NCBI GenBank assembly: GCA_964276515.1
Contig: OZ193909.1
Span: 12,400,001 to 12,464,000 of the forward strand
DNA length: 64,000 nt
Source of the DNA: Gordius albopunctatus
Taxonomy: Eukaryota
Direction of reading: 5' to 3'
Below are positions 12,501 through 23,546 of the stretch, in pieces. Within the stretch, counting starts at the first letter, position 1. The number at the start of each line of letters is the position of its first letter. Position numbers and translations under genes: made by a program. The notes under the pieces were generated by a model that saw only the letters and a list, made by a program, of their open reading frames with translations, made no database searches and had not been told where the DNA came from.

Positions 12501-14202
12501 TTTCTTTGGGGAAAAAAGTATTAATTTGCTATTGACAATTAAATTGTTATGCGTTTATTTAAAAAATAGCTTAATATTACTAACTCTAGACATAGATGCC
12601 ATAATGATTAGTCATTTTAATGGTTTAAAATTTGTTCTATACATGGATTATTTTAACAGTTTAGATTTACAATGAATTAGGTGAGAATAGGCGTCCAATT
12701 CAAATTCCAAAAATTATCAGTATGAGCACTCTATAGATTATATTGATATAAAATACAAAAACTAGATTTGCTGTAAGCTTTTATAAGTAATGATTTGTTA
12801 TTAAAAAATGTCAAAAAAGGGAACTTTATTAAATGCATTAAAAACAAAAAAAATTAATGTGGTCACTACAACAATTATTGCAAATATAACAAGACTTGAC
12901 ATTTAATATGCAATTTATAGGATAATCAAATATCACTAAATTTAAATCATTTTTTATACTGCAAAAATTGTTGAAAAATGTCACATACTTCATATTAATT
13001 ATAACTAGCAATTTAATAATTTTTTAAATTTATTATTTTAGTTACCAGATATTCCTGATATTATTATATTTTAGTTAAGCACACTCATAGATAATAGTCT
13101 TATTCATGGGTGTAACCAGGGGGTAGCAGGGAGGGATGAATGCCCTCGCCCTCCCCCCAAATTTACAAATTATGGCAAAAATTTTAAAAAATTATCATTT
13201 TACCCCTCCCTACTTCATCATTGACCCTCTCTAATTCCAAACCTGGCTATGCCCATGGTCTTAGTCAAATAAATTTTCTAATGATTATTTAAAAAGCTTA
13301 CATTAAGCATTGGGCAATTTTCCAAATTTGTTATGATTAAATCACAGAGAGAGTTTTCTTTTATGCTAGTAAAGGATTTTAAAACTTCACATACTATATC
13401 AATTTGCCCTTGTAAAACTAAGGAGTATAACTAATTAATAAACATAATATTAATGTTATTATACTGTGGTCCATAATTGAACTGATTTTTCTAATTCATT
13501 ATAATTTTTGGTCAATAATTCATTTAATAATATTGATGGCTCTGTAAAATGCCAGGTGATCCATTGCATCAAGGGCAATACAATAAAATCATCTGTATAA
13601 TTAGTTAGAAATTAACATATATTACTATAGGTAACATTAAAGCAAATAATTTCCAAAAGATTCCATAAAAATTCTATTTCATTCAAATTTCTAATCTAAA
13701 AAATTCATTATTTTTAAAGTTATTTTATGAATACTTGTGATAAGTCATCTTCTACCAAGTCTAAGAATGTGTGCATATTTTAAAATTGTTTACTTAAATA
13801 CATCAATCAAAAACAACTCTTACTTCTTGATTGATCCTGCAACTCAACTATTAAAGCTTTAACAATTGCCCTATAACTACGACTAAAAATAACTAGTCTG
13901 TAATTATATTATAAAATATCTAAAATATTGTAAAAGTACTCTGCAGGTTTATATTCTCTATTAATTAATGGAAGCTTATTTTGAACTTGCATATAAATTT
14001 CTAAACAGTCATTAGGAGCATTTGTTATGCCTTACGATAAGCTTGAGAGATTAATTTCTTATTTGGTGTTATATTTGATTTTGCATTATAAAATTGCAAA
14101 TAATTTTCTAAATTAGTCAAGTAAACGATCTATTAATTTACTATGCCCATCCAAAAAAGCTAATCCATTGTTATTCATCCAATTTGAAGCTATAAGAGGC
14201 AT
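6522..14202 (-). CDS. NUP85: Nucleoporin Nup85; 20 exons: 14202-14142, 14107-14036, 14000-13940, 13897-13824, 13760-13735, 13695-13626, 13592-13465, 13430-13302, 12281-12138, 10971-10840, 10796-10696, 10586-10503, 10344-10279, 9777-9727, 9547-9447, 9375-9258, 8548-8448, 7721-7622, 7267-7135, 6647-6522; 625 aa
   Basis: All introns are GT-AG and phase-compatible (1878 nt, no internal stop). Colinear Nup85 motifs: SRSYRAIVKA, EFLWNLLEII, LMQWITWH, LVLQGQID, WTAWKKEC, LFYQNPTVK, DDWWFPAHLTDLL, REYIMLEF..HPSLW..YLDTCP, LEKLP..ERRALKI..C, GSAMGWA, AFLTKYR. The first and last exons are the least certain. Confidence 0.93.
11162..12048. mobile_element. Degraded inverted-repeat DNA element in NUP85 intron 9
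   Basis: GAAACCAGAGCTCC (11162) and GGAGTTCTGGTTTC (12035-12048) are inverted matches. CATAGACT terminal-like motifs lie at 11154 and 11215. No TSD found. Confidence 0.35.
13105..13257. mobile_element. hAT-type MITE (CATGGG family) in NUP85 intron 8
   Basis: CATGGGTGTAACCAGG ... CCTGGCTATGCCCATG; TSD GTCTTATT/GTCTTAGT. Confidence 0.85.
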
Positions 14203-14271
14203 GATTTTTTGATAAATATATGCTACGTGATACAGTCAATATTGGTACAAAGGATGGCAAAAAGTGAGTCT

Positions 14272-14303
14272 TTCCAAACCATAGACTAGTCTATGTTCCA
14301 AAC
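14272..14303. mobile_element. Transposon footprint: 16-bp perfect palindrome between 8-bp direct repeats
   Basis: TTCCAAAC-CATAGACTAGTCTATG-TTCCAAAC, about 70-100 bp upstream of the NUP85 ATG. Confidence 0.7.
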
Positions 14304-14588
14304 TTATATTATTGTATGGTCTTTCAATGAAATTTTTATGTCAATAGTTTGTAATCATCTTTGTTTAGAAGCGGTAAGGTTAGACTAGTAATGAGTAAAG
14401 GGGACCGACACTTGATATTTTGGGCAGATTAAGCCCATCTACAGGAAAAAAGATATAGATGAAACACACAGAAAATACATGGCATAAAATAATAGGGTCT
14501 ATATCTTTTTTCATCTTTATCTTCTATTTTCCCACACAGGAATAGGGTTGTTCTAATCAGTTTATCTTGGTTGTTAAAGTTATGACCT

Positions 14589-14788
14589 TGAATGAATGAA
14601 TGAATGAATGAATGAATGAATGAATGAATGAATGAATGAATGAATGAATGAATGAATGAATGAATGAATGAATGAATGAATGAATGAATGAATGAATGAA
14701 TGAATGAATGAATGAATGAATGAATGAATGAATGAATGAATGAATGAATGAATGAATGAATGAATGAATGAATGAATGAATGAATGAA
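14589..14788. repeat. (TGAA)n microsatellite, about 200 bp
   Basis: Uninterrupted tetranucleotide run that decays into TTAA units at its 3' end. Confidence 0.99.
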
Positions 14789-15647
14789 TTAATTAATTAA
14801 TGAATGAAACCTCAATAAGCAAAGAAAATGAACGGTTTTTGGACAAGAAACAAGTTTTGGCATGTTTCCAAATAATATTTCCTGCAAATTCTTTTATTGT
14901 TTTGCCAGAAACGAGAATGAAAATAAATTATAGAAGGATTTAGTCCAAAGAATCCCTTAGACTCCCTATCAGATTATAAAAATTGTAATCTTTGCCCAAC
15001 ATCACAACTCTTCTTTACCTACTTTTATATAAGAATAAGAAATACTATGTCAAAAAATAGATTAAATGGATTGGCCCTTTTTTATAGCATTTTTATTTCG
15101 ACGTTAAAGTTAAAAAAAATAAAGTCATTATAAAATAATTTTATATTTTCTTTATCCCTGCGATAATATCTCAAGAACTTCATCTGGAGTGGGAGCTAAT
15201 TCCAATAAATTGCATAGCAATTAATAAGTGTCTTACATGGTCAGTTACGTTGCACAACTATAAAATATAAACTTTAGATCTAAAATATTTTTTTTTCATA
15301 AAAAATCGGGGGATCGCATAGCGTATACTTGGGATACTTGGAAAATTCTTTCCCATTCCCTGTTATTTAGGCCATGCCCATAGAATCCATGTGTCGTTAA
15401 TAGCCGCTACGCGGAGGATAATGTCCACCTTGAAAATTAGCTTTCCCTCCTGTGCTATTCCTTGTATTTCCTTTACCAATGAATGTATGAATATGTCATT
15501 CTTTATTTCCATACATCCAATTTTGGGAGCGTACGGGCACATACCGGTTAAAGGCTTCCTTATCAACCTGCCTGAACAACGATTGACTAGAGATGTTAAG
15601 ACGCTCGAAATGGTTTTGCTTGTATTGTGCTCAATTATGGTAATAGG

Positions 15648-16183
15648 CAGTCTTGTTAACGCTACATTTTTAAAATTGAGGAGCGGGAGTAGCTCCTTTT
15701 AGGAAATTTAATATATGAATTATATTGTCATTAATAATATTTATTAATTTAATATTATATTTTATTTAAATTTATTCATTATTAAATGTTGAGCCGAGTT
15801 TTATATTGATTTTTCATCTAATCATTTAAATTTTTGGATAGTCGAGACCCTTTTTTTGCTCTCAGGAAAGTTTTGGATATTCGCAAAAAATTTTTGGATA
15901 GTCGAGACCCTTTTTTTGCTCTTAGGAAAATTTTGGATAGTCGGGACCTTTTTTTGGTCTAAGGAAAATTTTGGATAGTCAAGGAAATTTTTGGATAGTC
16001 GAGACCTTTTTTAAGTTGGTTTTAATTATTTTTGGAAAATCAAAGGAGGGGTTTGGAGCGGCACTCCATTAGTTGGAGCGGGAGCGCTCCTTTTAATATG
16101 TAGTAGCGGGAGTTCGCTCCTTTTGAGAAGGTAGGAGCGGGAGCGGGAGTCGCTACCCTTAAAAAGGAGTGTTAACAAGACTG
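15648..16183. mobile_element. hAT-type MITE, CAGTCTTGTTAA family
   Basis: TIR CAGTCTTGTTAAC / GTTAACAAGACTG, perfect TSD GTAATAGG, subterminal GGAGCG repeats, internal TTTTGGATAGTCGAGACC tandem units. Confidence 0.92.
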
Positions 16184-16226
16184 GTAATAGGCATATCTCC
16201 TACCATTCCCATCTAGCATAAAGAGC

Positions 16227-16548
16227 ACATGCTGCTTAATAACCCGGTTACAGCACTAGCAGATTAAAGCTGCTTATGGCTGCTGCTTCAGTGAGATATA
16301 AGCTAACTGGGCATCGAGCAGAGTTGCTTGATATAAACCGTGGTATCGAGCAGGGTTGTTTGAAACTAAACATGGTTTTCAGCAAATTTCATTATAGCTC
16401 ACTAGCAGAACAGATTAAAAATAAGTAGCTTTTATGTTAAAAAACTTAAATCATGATAATATTAGCATTATATGTCAGCTGCTTGCTATAACGCTATAAG
16501 GAAATTTGTAATCTTCTAGTGCTGTTCCCGGGGTATTAAGCAGCATGT
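16227..16548. mobile_element. MITE-like element with ~40-bp inverted ends
   Basis: ACATGCTGCTTAATAACCCGGTTACAGCACTAGCAGATTA and its near reverse complement ending at 16548. Confidence 0.65.
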
Positions 16549-16588
16549 ATTCGTTAGGCCATAGAGGAATAATATGAGATGTATGCTA

Positions 16589-16860
16589 CTACCATGGGTT
16601 ATGGTTGTAGCATTTAAACATATTAACATCTCTACGCTTGACTTTTACCACCTTGTCCTTATACGTTTCGCTTAGAACGATACCGACCCCGTTTTTGGGT
16701 ACCCAGTAAATAACTTGTTTCCTTCTCCTTGCTCTCAAACTTAGTTCCATTCCACCTCGTCTCTTATATGGATGCGACATGTACTTTTTAGCATGTCGTG
16801 TCGCATCGGTGCTTTTTCCTGTAAAGTTCCGACTGGGCCGATGAAATGCAATTTCGTAAG
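16589..16860 (-). pseudogene. RTE-clade LINE 5' fragment (AP-endonuclease N-terminus)
   Basis: Translation KNGVGIVLSETYKDKVVKVKR is typical of RTE endonuclease N-terminal regions. The fragment is short and disrupted. Confidence 0.65.
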
Positions 16861-17156
16861 GCCCTATATATGACCTAATAACCTTAGGAAAAATAATAGG
16901 TTAGGTCACGAAATACAGTATCGAGTTTGGTTTTAAATATATATCTTACTACTAATACAGTCAGTGAAAATAGAAATTTTATGAAGATACCATGCACATA
17001 TATTAATAACGTTAAATATTGATCTTTAAATATTATTGTGTCTAAAAATCTAGATAAATATGAGACTATATTAAAAATTATTAAAAATGTCATTTAAAAT
17101 GGAATGCCTGAAAATAGATTAACGCCATTAGCAAATACCATTCATTAGGGCATTAT

Positions 17157-17257
17157 TGACCTAAGGTCAAGGATGTGCATATATTCCCGTTAAATCAAGC
17201 TCATGACCTTTTTCGCCAAGGCCATGGCCTAGCATTTGGATTGAAATCCAATATAAA
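17157..17257 (+). promoter_or_regulatory. Putative promoter of the 17297 gene: nuclear-receptor half-sites and TATA box
   Basis: TGACCT-A-AGGTCA (17157-17169), TGACCT (17204), CCAAGGCCA (17216-17224; fits NR5A/FTZ-F1 consensus YCAAGGYCR), and TATAAA (17252) 45 nt before the ATG. Confidence 0.45.
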
Positions 17258-17296
17258 GTGACAATAATCTTTTGGAACCATAAATTGGTTTTTCAT

Positions 17297-20200
17297 ATGT
17301 ATCCTACTAGCTGTCGCCATACTTTAATGTTAGCTGCAATCATCCTGCTACAGGTTTTATCATGTCAAGGAGCACGGGGTAAAATAATCACTATTATCTA
17401 ATTGATCACACTACTTGCTAGAGCAATGTTATATTTAACAACTTCTTTACAAAGATTTATAAAATTTAATGTTTACTATCACACAAAATTGTTTTATAGA
17501 GAGGAACTGAATAAAAATTGAAAAATCGGCCTGAGAGCAAATAATAAAATTTTCTTATCTAAAAGTGGTAAAAATATTCCTTTAAAACTTTATTTTAAGG
17601 CTGATAACGACTTTTTCTAAAATACTAAACTTATAAAATTTAAAGACACAATAATTGTCTCAAAAATAATTAATATTATTAAGTATTTGGACATCTAAAT
17701 ATAATTCATGGTTTTCAATATAACTATTAAACGGGTTCACACGTTGCATAACGCGACCTATATTAAAAATATTCCTTAACTTTGCGCTGCCCTACCTATG
17801 TAAAGTGGCTGAAGGCAATTTGTCTTAATTAATTTCAAATGTCCCTTATGCCTTACTCTAAGTGAATTGTCCTCCATTTTATCTCTAGACTTTTATAAGT
17901 TTCCTCATTTTTAAAAGATATATCAAGCATTGCATCAAAATAGCATAAGGACCGAACTTCCTGAGTGTAATATCTATTTAAGGCTTAAACATTTAACAAT
18001 AAAGTGAAAGTAAATATATAAATCGCTTACAAATATTTTTTATATATCAAATACCTTTTCTTTTTGATTATTTTATATGCTTATAATAATTTTTATTATT
18101 AAAGCACTTTAAATGTTTGCAAGAGAGCCTCATCGAAATCAAATAAAACGATCACTGAAAAAACACAAAAATTAATTTGTAATATGTGTAATATATTAAG
18201 AATTTTTCACGGGTAAAAGCAAATTATGTTACATATCAACTTTAAAAGTAACTAGCTGTGCCCGGCCAAGCTTTGCTTTGGCTCAGTCCGTAAGTGGTTA
18301 AATAAGTATAACCTATTATTAAGACTTATCTAAAATGGGGTCATATATGAAATAATAATTCAAATAAATAAAATATCCATAATATTTATTTAGAGCACGA
18401 ATTTTATCACGTCATGCATTTTATGAACCCACTATTACTAGTATATATATAATAAGACAAACCAAATGCGAATTCTGTTTTAGTCATCAAATCCGACTAA
18501 AATTAAATGTTTTTGAAAAAATTGCTGATCAATGCTGTTACTTATTATACAATAATACAATTATTTTATTTTTCTAGTTACCTGATTTATTTGAAATACA
18601 ATTTTCTTTAATATAATAAAATAATTAATTAAAGGATGGATAATTATTAAAAATATTATGTTACATACCGACTTTAAAAGTAATTAACTATTAGATCATA
18701 AAATTAATTGAGAATCTCAATCAATCGTTTTTAGTGATTGTTTAGGCTGGTTTGTATTTTTTCTCGCAAATTTTTAAATAATTTGTAATAATATTTAAAA
18801 TTAATTTGGAATTTTAAACAATTTTTAGCATCATTATAAAAGTAAAAGAATCTAAGACTTCACTGAAATTTATTTAATTTATGTGTAGAACCTTCATATA
18901 TTCGAGTAAATAATAAGTTATCGCTACAATTATTATTAGTAGCAGTAGCACCATCTAGAAAATATTTCCTCTAGGCTATAATTTTTAATTACATATTATT
19001 AAATACACACGGAATGAATTATTTTTATCATTTCATTTCTTCTACAAATTTTGCACAACTCTTCAGCGCACACTTTTCTACGAATTTTAAAGTTTACAAC
19101 TAAAATGGAGGCTTTGGTAACGTTTAAATTTATCAATGCTATATCTAGATGTTTACTAGTCTATGGTATTATTTGTCAATAAGTATAACTACTTATTTCA
19201 ATTTATTATAAACACAAAAAATTGTTTACATAAACAACGTAAAAACAAACGGAAGGAGGGGGATTTAAAGTTTTGACAAATGGCAGGAGGTTGGAAGAAG
19301 TCATATATGATTACTACCCTTGTTGTTTCTATACAAGATAAAGCAAATAAAATATGTGCAAAATTATAGAAACCACTCTATATATTAAGTGTAATTATAA
19401 CGCAATTTATGGTAGATAATATGTTAATTTCACACTTCTTATAAAAGATCATCTTTATAAATGGGTTATTTTAAGATATACAAAACAAGGCTGTTACAGA
19501 AAAATAGTTATATGGGTTTTCGTCTTGTCACATTCTGTGACTAAATTTTTTGCTGCAAAAGGCGTTAAAGTTGTTTTCAAGTCTTTAAACTTTTAATAAG
19601 CTTGCGCTTTTCATCCATAAATTAGGTTATCTTCCCATGCTATAGGCTTTGATAATAATAATAATTAGTCATTGTAAAAGTCAGAGGCTTTAAAATTAAA
19701 CAATTTGCACTTAAAATACCATTTGTCAAAATTATGGCTTAACATTAATACGATATTGAACGATAGACAATTTCTATAATTATTTATTTATGATTTGCTG
19801 ATTTTTATACCTATTTCAATATTTTATTATAAACGTTAGTTAAAAGGAACGATGAATTGGGAACCGGAAGCGAGTTTCCACCAAGTAATTTTCAAAACAT
19901 AAATTTAAATGTTATTAATTTTTAATTTTTATAGGTAGTCCAATAAAATTTTCACAATTGTGCACAGACGTTATAACACCACGCAGATACAATGTTGAAT
20001 ACGATAATTTCACATTGAGGTAATTTACTTCTTATAAATACGGCAGAACTTCCTGTTTACCTAAATTTGTATCAAATATATTTAATTGACTCTAATTCAT
20101 ACCGATTATTATTAAGGTTAGATCAATATATCTAAATAAACATTTAACTAAATTGTTTACCAAGTGCTATAAGCCACAAAATGAATTTAGCCTTCTAAAT

Positions 20201-23022
20201 AAACTTAACTAAATAAATTTCTCTCCCTAAATCTGAGGAGATTCGCCTATATCCAGCAAAATAAAACAAAATAAGATTCGGGTTAAGAAATTCAAATGAA
20301 TAAACCGGGCATTGACATCTTTTGCGCAATCTCCCTCTTGTTGTAGCATCGAGCCGAGGTATGAAAACTGTCTACATTTAGGTATTTCGATAGTCTTCCA
20401 GCGATGGGCTCCCTGTAACGTTCTTTGCCATGTGCACCGTTTTCGATCGTTCATCTTTGAACGATATCCAGCTAAGCGCTAACCACTTTTCGGCTTCTTG
20501 GAATAGTCTCTCCCTTGTTTCTTCGCATAGTACTATATCATCTGCATATAGCATACACCATGGCGGTGGATTTTGAATGTCTCTCGTTATCGTATCCATA
20601 AATATATTAAATAGAAAAGGAATTAGAGCAGATCCTTGATGTAATCCAATTTCAACACGAAAAGGTTTGGAGTTTTTAACTATGGTCCTGATGCACGGTT
20701 TGAGGCTTTACAAATATTTTTCAGAAGCGGTATATATGCGCCAGGGATATTTTGTTTTCTCAGGCACCACCATATTAAATCGAGATGGACCGTGTCATAA
20801 GCTTTCTTTGATTCGATTAAGACCATAAGTAGGTTTCTTCTCTTTTCACCATATTTGTATATCATTTATTTTAGTACAAAAATGGGTTCGGTTGTGGATT
20901 TGCCTGTAACAAATCCGAATTGATTAGCCGATATTTAGTGCTCGTTATTCAACCTTGTTACAAAGATTCTTTCCACGAGCTTTAAGAAATGCCTCTGTAA
21001 TGACACACTCCTGAGTCTCCATTTATTAGGAATTTGTTCTTCTACCAATACTTGTTAAAGAGGTTCGTCATGGTTGTGACTTTGTCAAGGCATCCAAGCA
21101 ATGCTTTCATAGGTATTCCATATTGACCACTAGCTTTTTCTTTTTGCATCTTGTTAATTTGTGTCCTAACTTCATCCTCCTGCATGAGTTTGACTATATT
21201 TATGTTTGAATCAATATCGGGAAGGAAATCTTTGTCATTCGCAATATTTATAAGTTGCTAAAAACATTCTTTCCATCACTTCCTTGGGTGACCCTTTTCG
21301 TTTTTTGCTATTTTAAGAACTCCGACATCGCGACTTTTCTTCTCCCTTATCTTGGCCAATTTGTACATAAGCTCGTCGTCCCCTCTATGACCCAGTTTGT
21401 TTGCCATCTCGATGTACGCGGCATTTTTCGCCATTGCCATGGCCTTTTTGACAGCTCTCTTTGCCTCCATAACGCTTAAATACCTCCGACTTTTTTGATA
21501 TAAGCGACCATCAATATAGATTTTTCTTTCTTTAGATGAAATCCCTAACAGATTGATCCCACCACCATAGTTCCGTAATCATAGCCTTGCCTCCTTTAAT
21601 CTGTCCTAGAACCCGAATCGCTGTTTCCTTTATCTCCTTAGTTAGTGTCTCCGAATTGTAGTCTACGTTCATTTGCGTTCCTTGCACACAAGAGTGAGGA
21701 GACTTTTTATTATGTTTATCGTTCGTCGAAATATCCTCGCTTTGCATCGAATTCAAGTTTCACAAGCCTTTATTCTCTCGGGAAATACTTTTCTTTCAAG
21801 ATCCATAACAAGTGGACAATGCTGCGTGTCGATTTCTTCTCACTGTATTACTTAGCAATTTTAAAGGCGTATTTATAAGGTTTAATTTTGTGACGAAAAT
21901 ATATAACTGACATAAATAGAAGACAACTTATCACTTTTCCCCATCTGATAAGCTAAAAAAGCTCTTAATTAAAATCTATTCTTTGGAAGAAGTATAAAGC
22001 CGTAATTTGTTAAATGTGTGTATTTAATGATCAAAATCTTAAATCAAAAAAACAAGACAAGAAACATTAAAAATTCGCACAAATTGGGTATACCTAACAT
22101 TTAAAACAATAGCAAAATTTGAAACCCCAAAAATTATGCTTTTACTGGGTTAATAACACAGACCTTAATAAATTCCCCATATCTGCTATTGAAAAATCCA
22201 AATTTCTATAGTTATTATTTTTGTGAAACTTTGAAATATACCTTGGGTCATATTAACCCGTGAAACAAATAAATAGGCAAAGCTTGCATATTTTTAAATT
22301 TAATATAAAAATTCATGTGATTTTATGTTTTTCAGAGATGTTTACGTTTATCCCACTTTCAAAGGGATGAACACAAGTTATCTCGAAGCCAAAATACCGT
22401 GCTACATAACTCCCACTAGCAATCAATATGTACAAACGAATAGCTTATACAGTGTACAAGATTTGTTTACCATGGAACAATTGTATAATTTGGGAGTGGG
22501 TAAAACGAAGATAGATGTTACGAGTTTTGTAAGATCATTATAAAATCAAAACTATTTCTGATTTGTATCATCATTCAGTGTTTTAAAATATTATATTATA
22601 GTTTTAGCCAATATTATTTTTATTCATATATTATAAAAAAAATTTTTATCGAAAGGTTGGAATGTCTGTGCGATTTCCTACTGAACCCACGTTTTTGGTA
22701 ACGATTTATTTGGTTAATGTTTTAAACCCATTGCAAGGAAGAATAATGAGTTCAGTAAACACTGTAGAGGTAAAAATGATAATATTCTAAATAAAAAAAT
22801 TTTCAGTTCAAAATTGTTCAAACACCAAAAGGAGTAGAAATACATAGTAAAAAACAATCGACTCCCTCAGCCACCAAAAAGCTTTATAAAAACCATGTTT
22901 TAATTACTGTGTCATCGAGATCATTGAATTCCCACCCAATTGATAAGTCCAATCTTACGTTGTTTCCAGATGTCTTTGATTTCCCTATTATGATAACCAA
23001 AACAATTAAAATATGCGATTAG
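17297..23022 (+). CDS. Uncharacterised secreted protein; exons 17297-17378, 19840-19884, 19935-20019, 22336-22528, 22656-22769, 22807-23022; 244 aa
   Basis: Six GT-AG-bounded exons join with matching phases and no stop (735 nt). The N-terminus MYPTSCRHTLMLAAIILLQVLSCQGA is signal-peptide-like and is followed by RVKR. The last intron is a 37-nt micro-intron. AATAAA lies near 23118. Extra exons in the two long introns cannot be excluded. Confidence 0.65.
18251..18290 (-). mobile_element. Helitron-like 3' terminus
   Basis: The minus strand reads ...GCCAAAGCAAAGCTTGGCCGGGCACAG-CTAG-T, a GC-rich subterminal segment followed by CTAG, like the end at 49115. Confidence 0.5.
20227..21860 (-). pseudogene. 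Degraded RTE-clade non-LTR retrotransposon (RT domain and upstream linker), antisense in intron 3 of the 17297 gene
   Basis: Frameshifted fragments WWWDQSV, MYKLAKIREKKSRD, KKAYDTV..LIWWCLRK, PWCMLYADDIVL, FSYLGSMLQ. Confidence 0.92.
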
Positions 23023-23546
23023 AAATAATTTAAAATATTTTTGGGACGCAATTGACATTTTTAAATCAAAAACAAGTTCTATCAATATATACGAAAACTA
23101 TGCATTATTTGCTTTGAAATAAAAAAATAAAATGAAATTACTGATGTAATTTCTAGTAGAATGTCTAGAGGGGAGAAGTATCCTTGCCCCTTCGGGCTCC
23201 ATGTAAATTATTCATTTACTTTAAATTATCAAAAATTAATGGTACTAATTTTTTTATTTTTTGCAAGTCCGACATTTTCCAAATAATTATTTATTATTTT
23301 ATTGCTTTGATTTCCATTAACACGCACTACGATTTATAATAACAAGCAAGATGCTTAAGTGGTAATCAAAATTCTTAGCTTAAAATTATAGCTTGAACGA
23401 ATAGGAATAATAAAAAATTTTTATTTTATTTAATGCATTTTAACAGAAAAAAGTAAATCCTAAAAGACTGTGATTGTGAAAAAAATTCCTAATTGCGGCT
23501 CTTCTTGCCAGAGTATTAAATGTAATGCATATTTAACTTATTGCAG

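Noticed and set aside
12948..12959. Acceptor giving NUP85 a premature end (YKK*), i.e. a truncated gene
   Set aside because: The full downstream NUP85 exons (12281 to 6522) are present and in phase.
15363..15702. Overlapping 67- and 103-aa ORFs
   Set aside because: No recognisable motif, and the longer one runs into a MITE. Likely decayed repeat sequence.
19370..19580. Two open segments (19370-19411, 19448-19580) separated by a 36-nt GT-AG interval in intron 1 of the orphan gene
   Set aside because: I could not join them cleanly to downstream exons, and the direct exon 1-2 join gives a coherent RVKR site. They remain possible alternative exons only.
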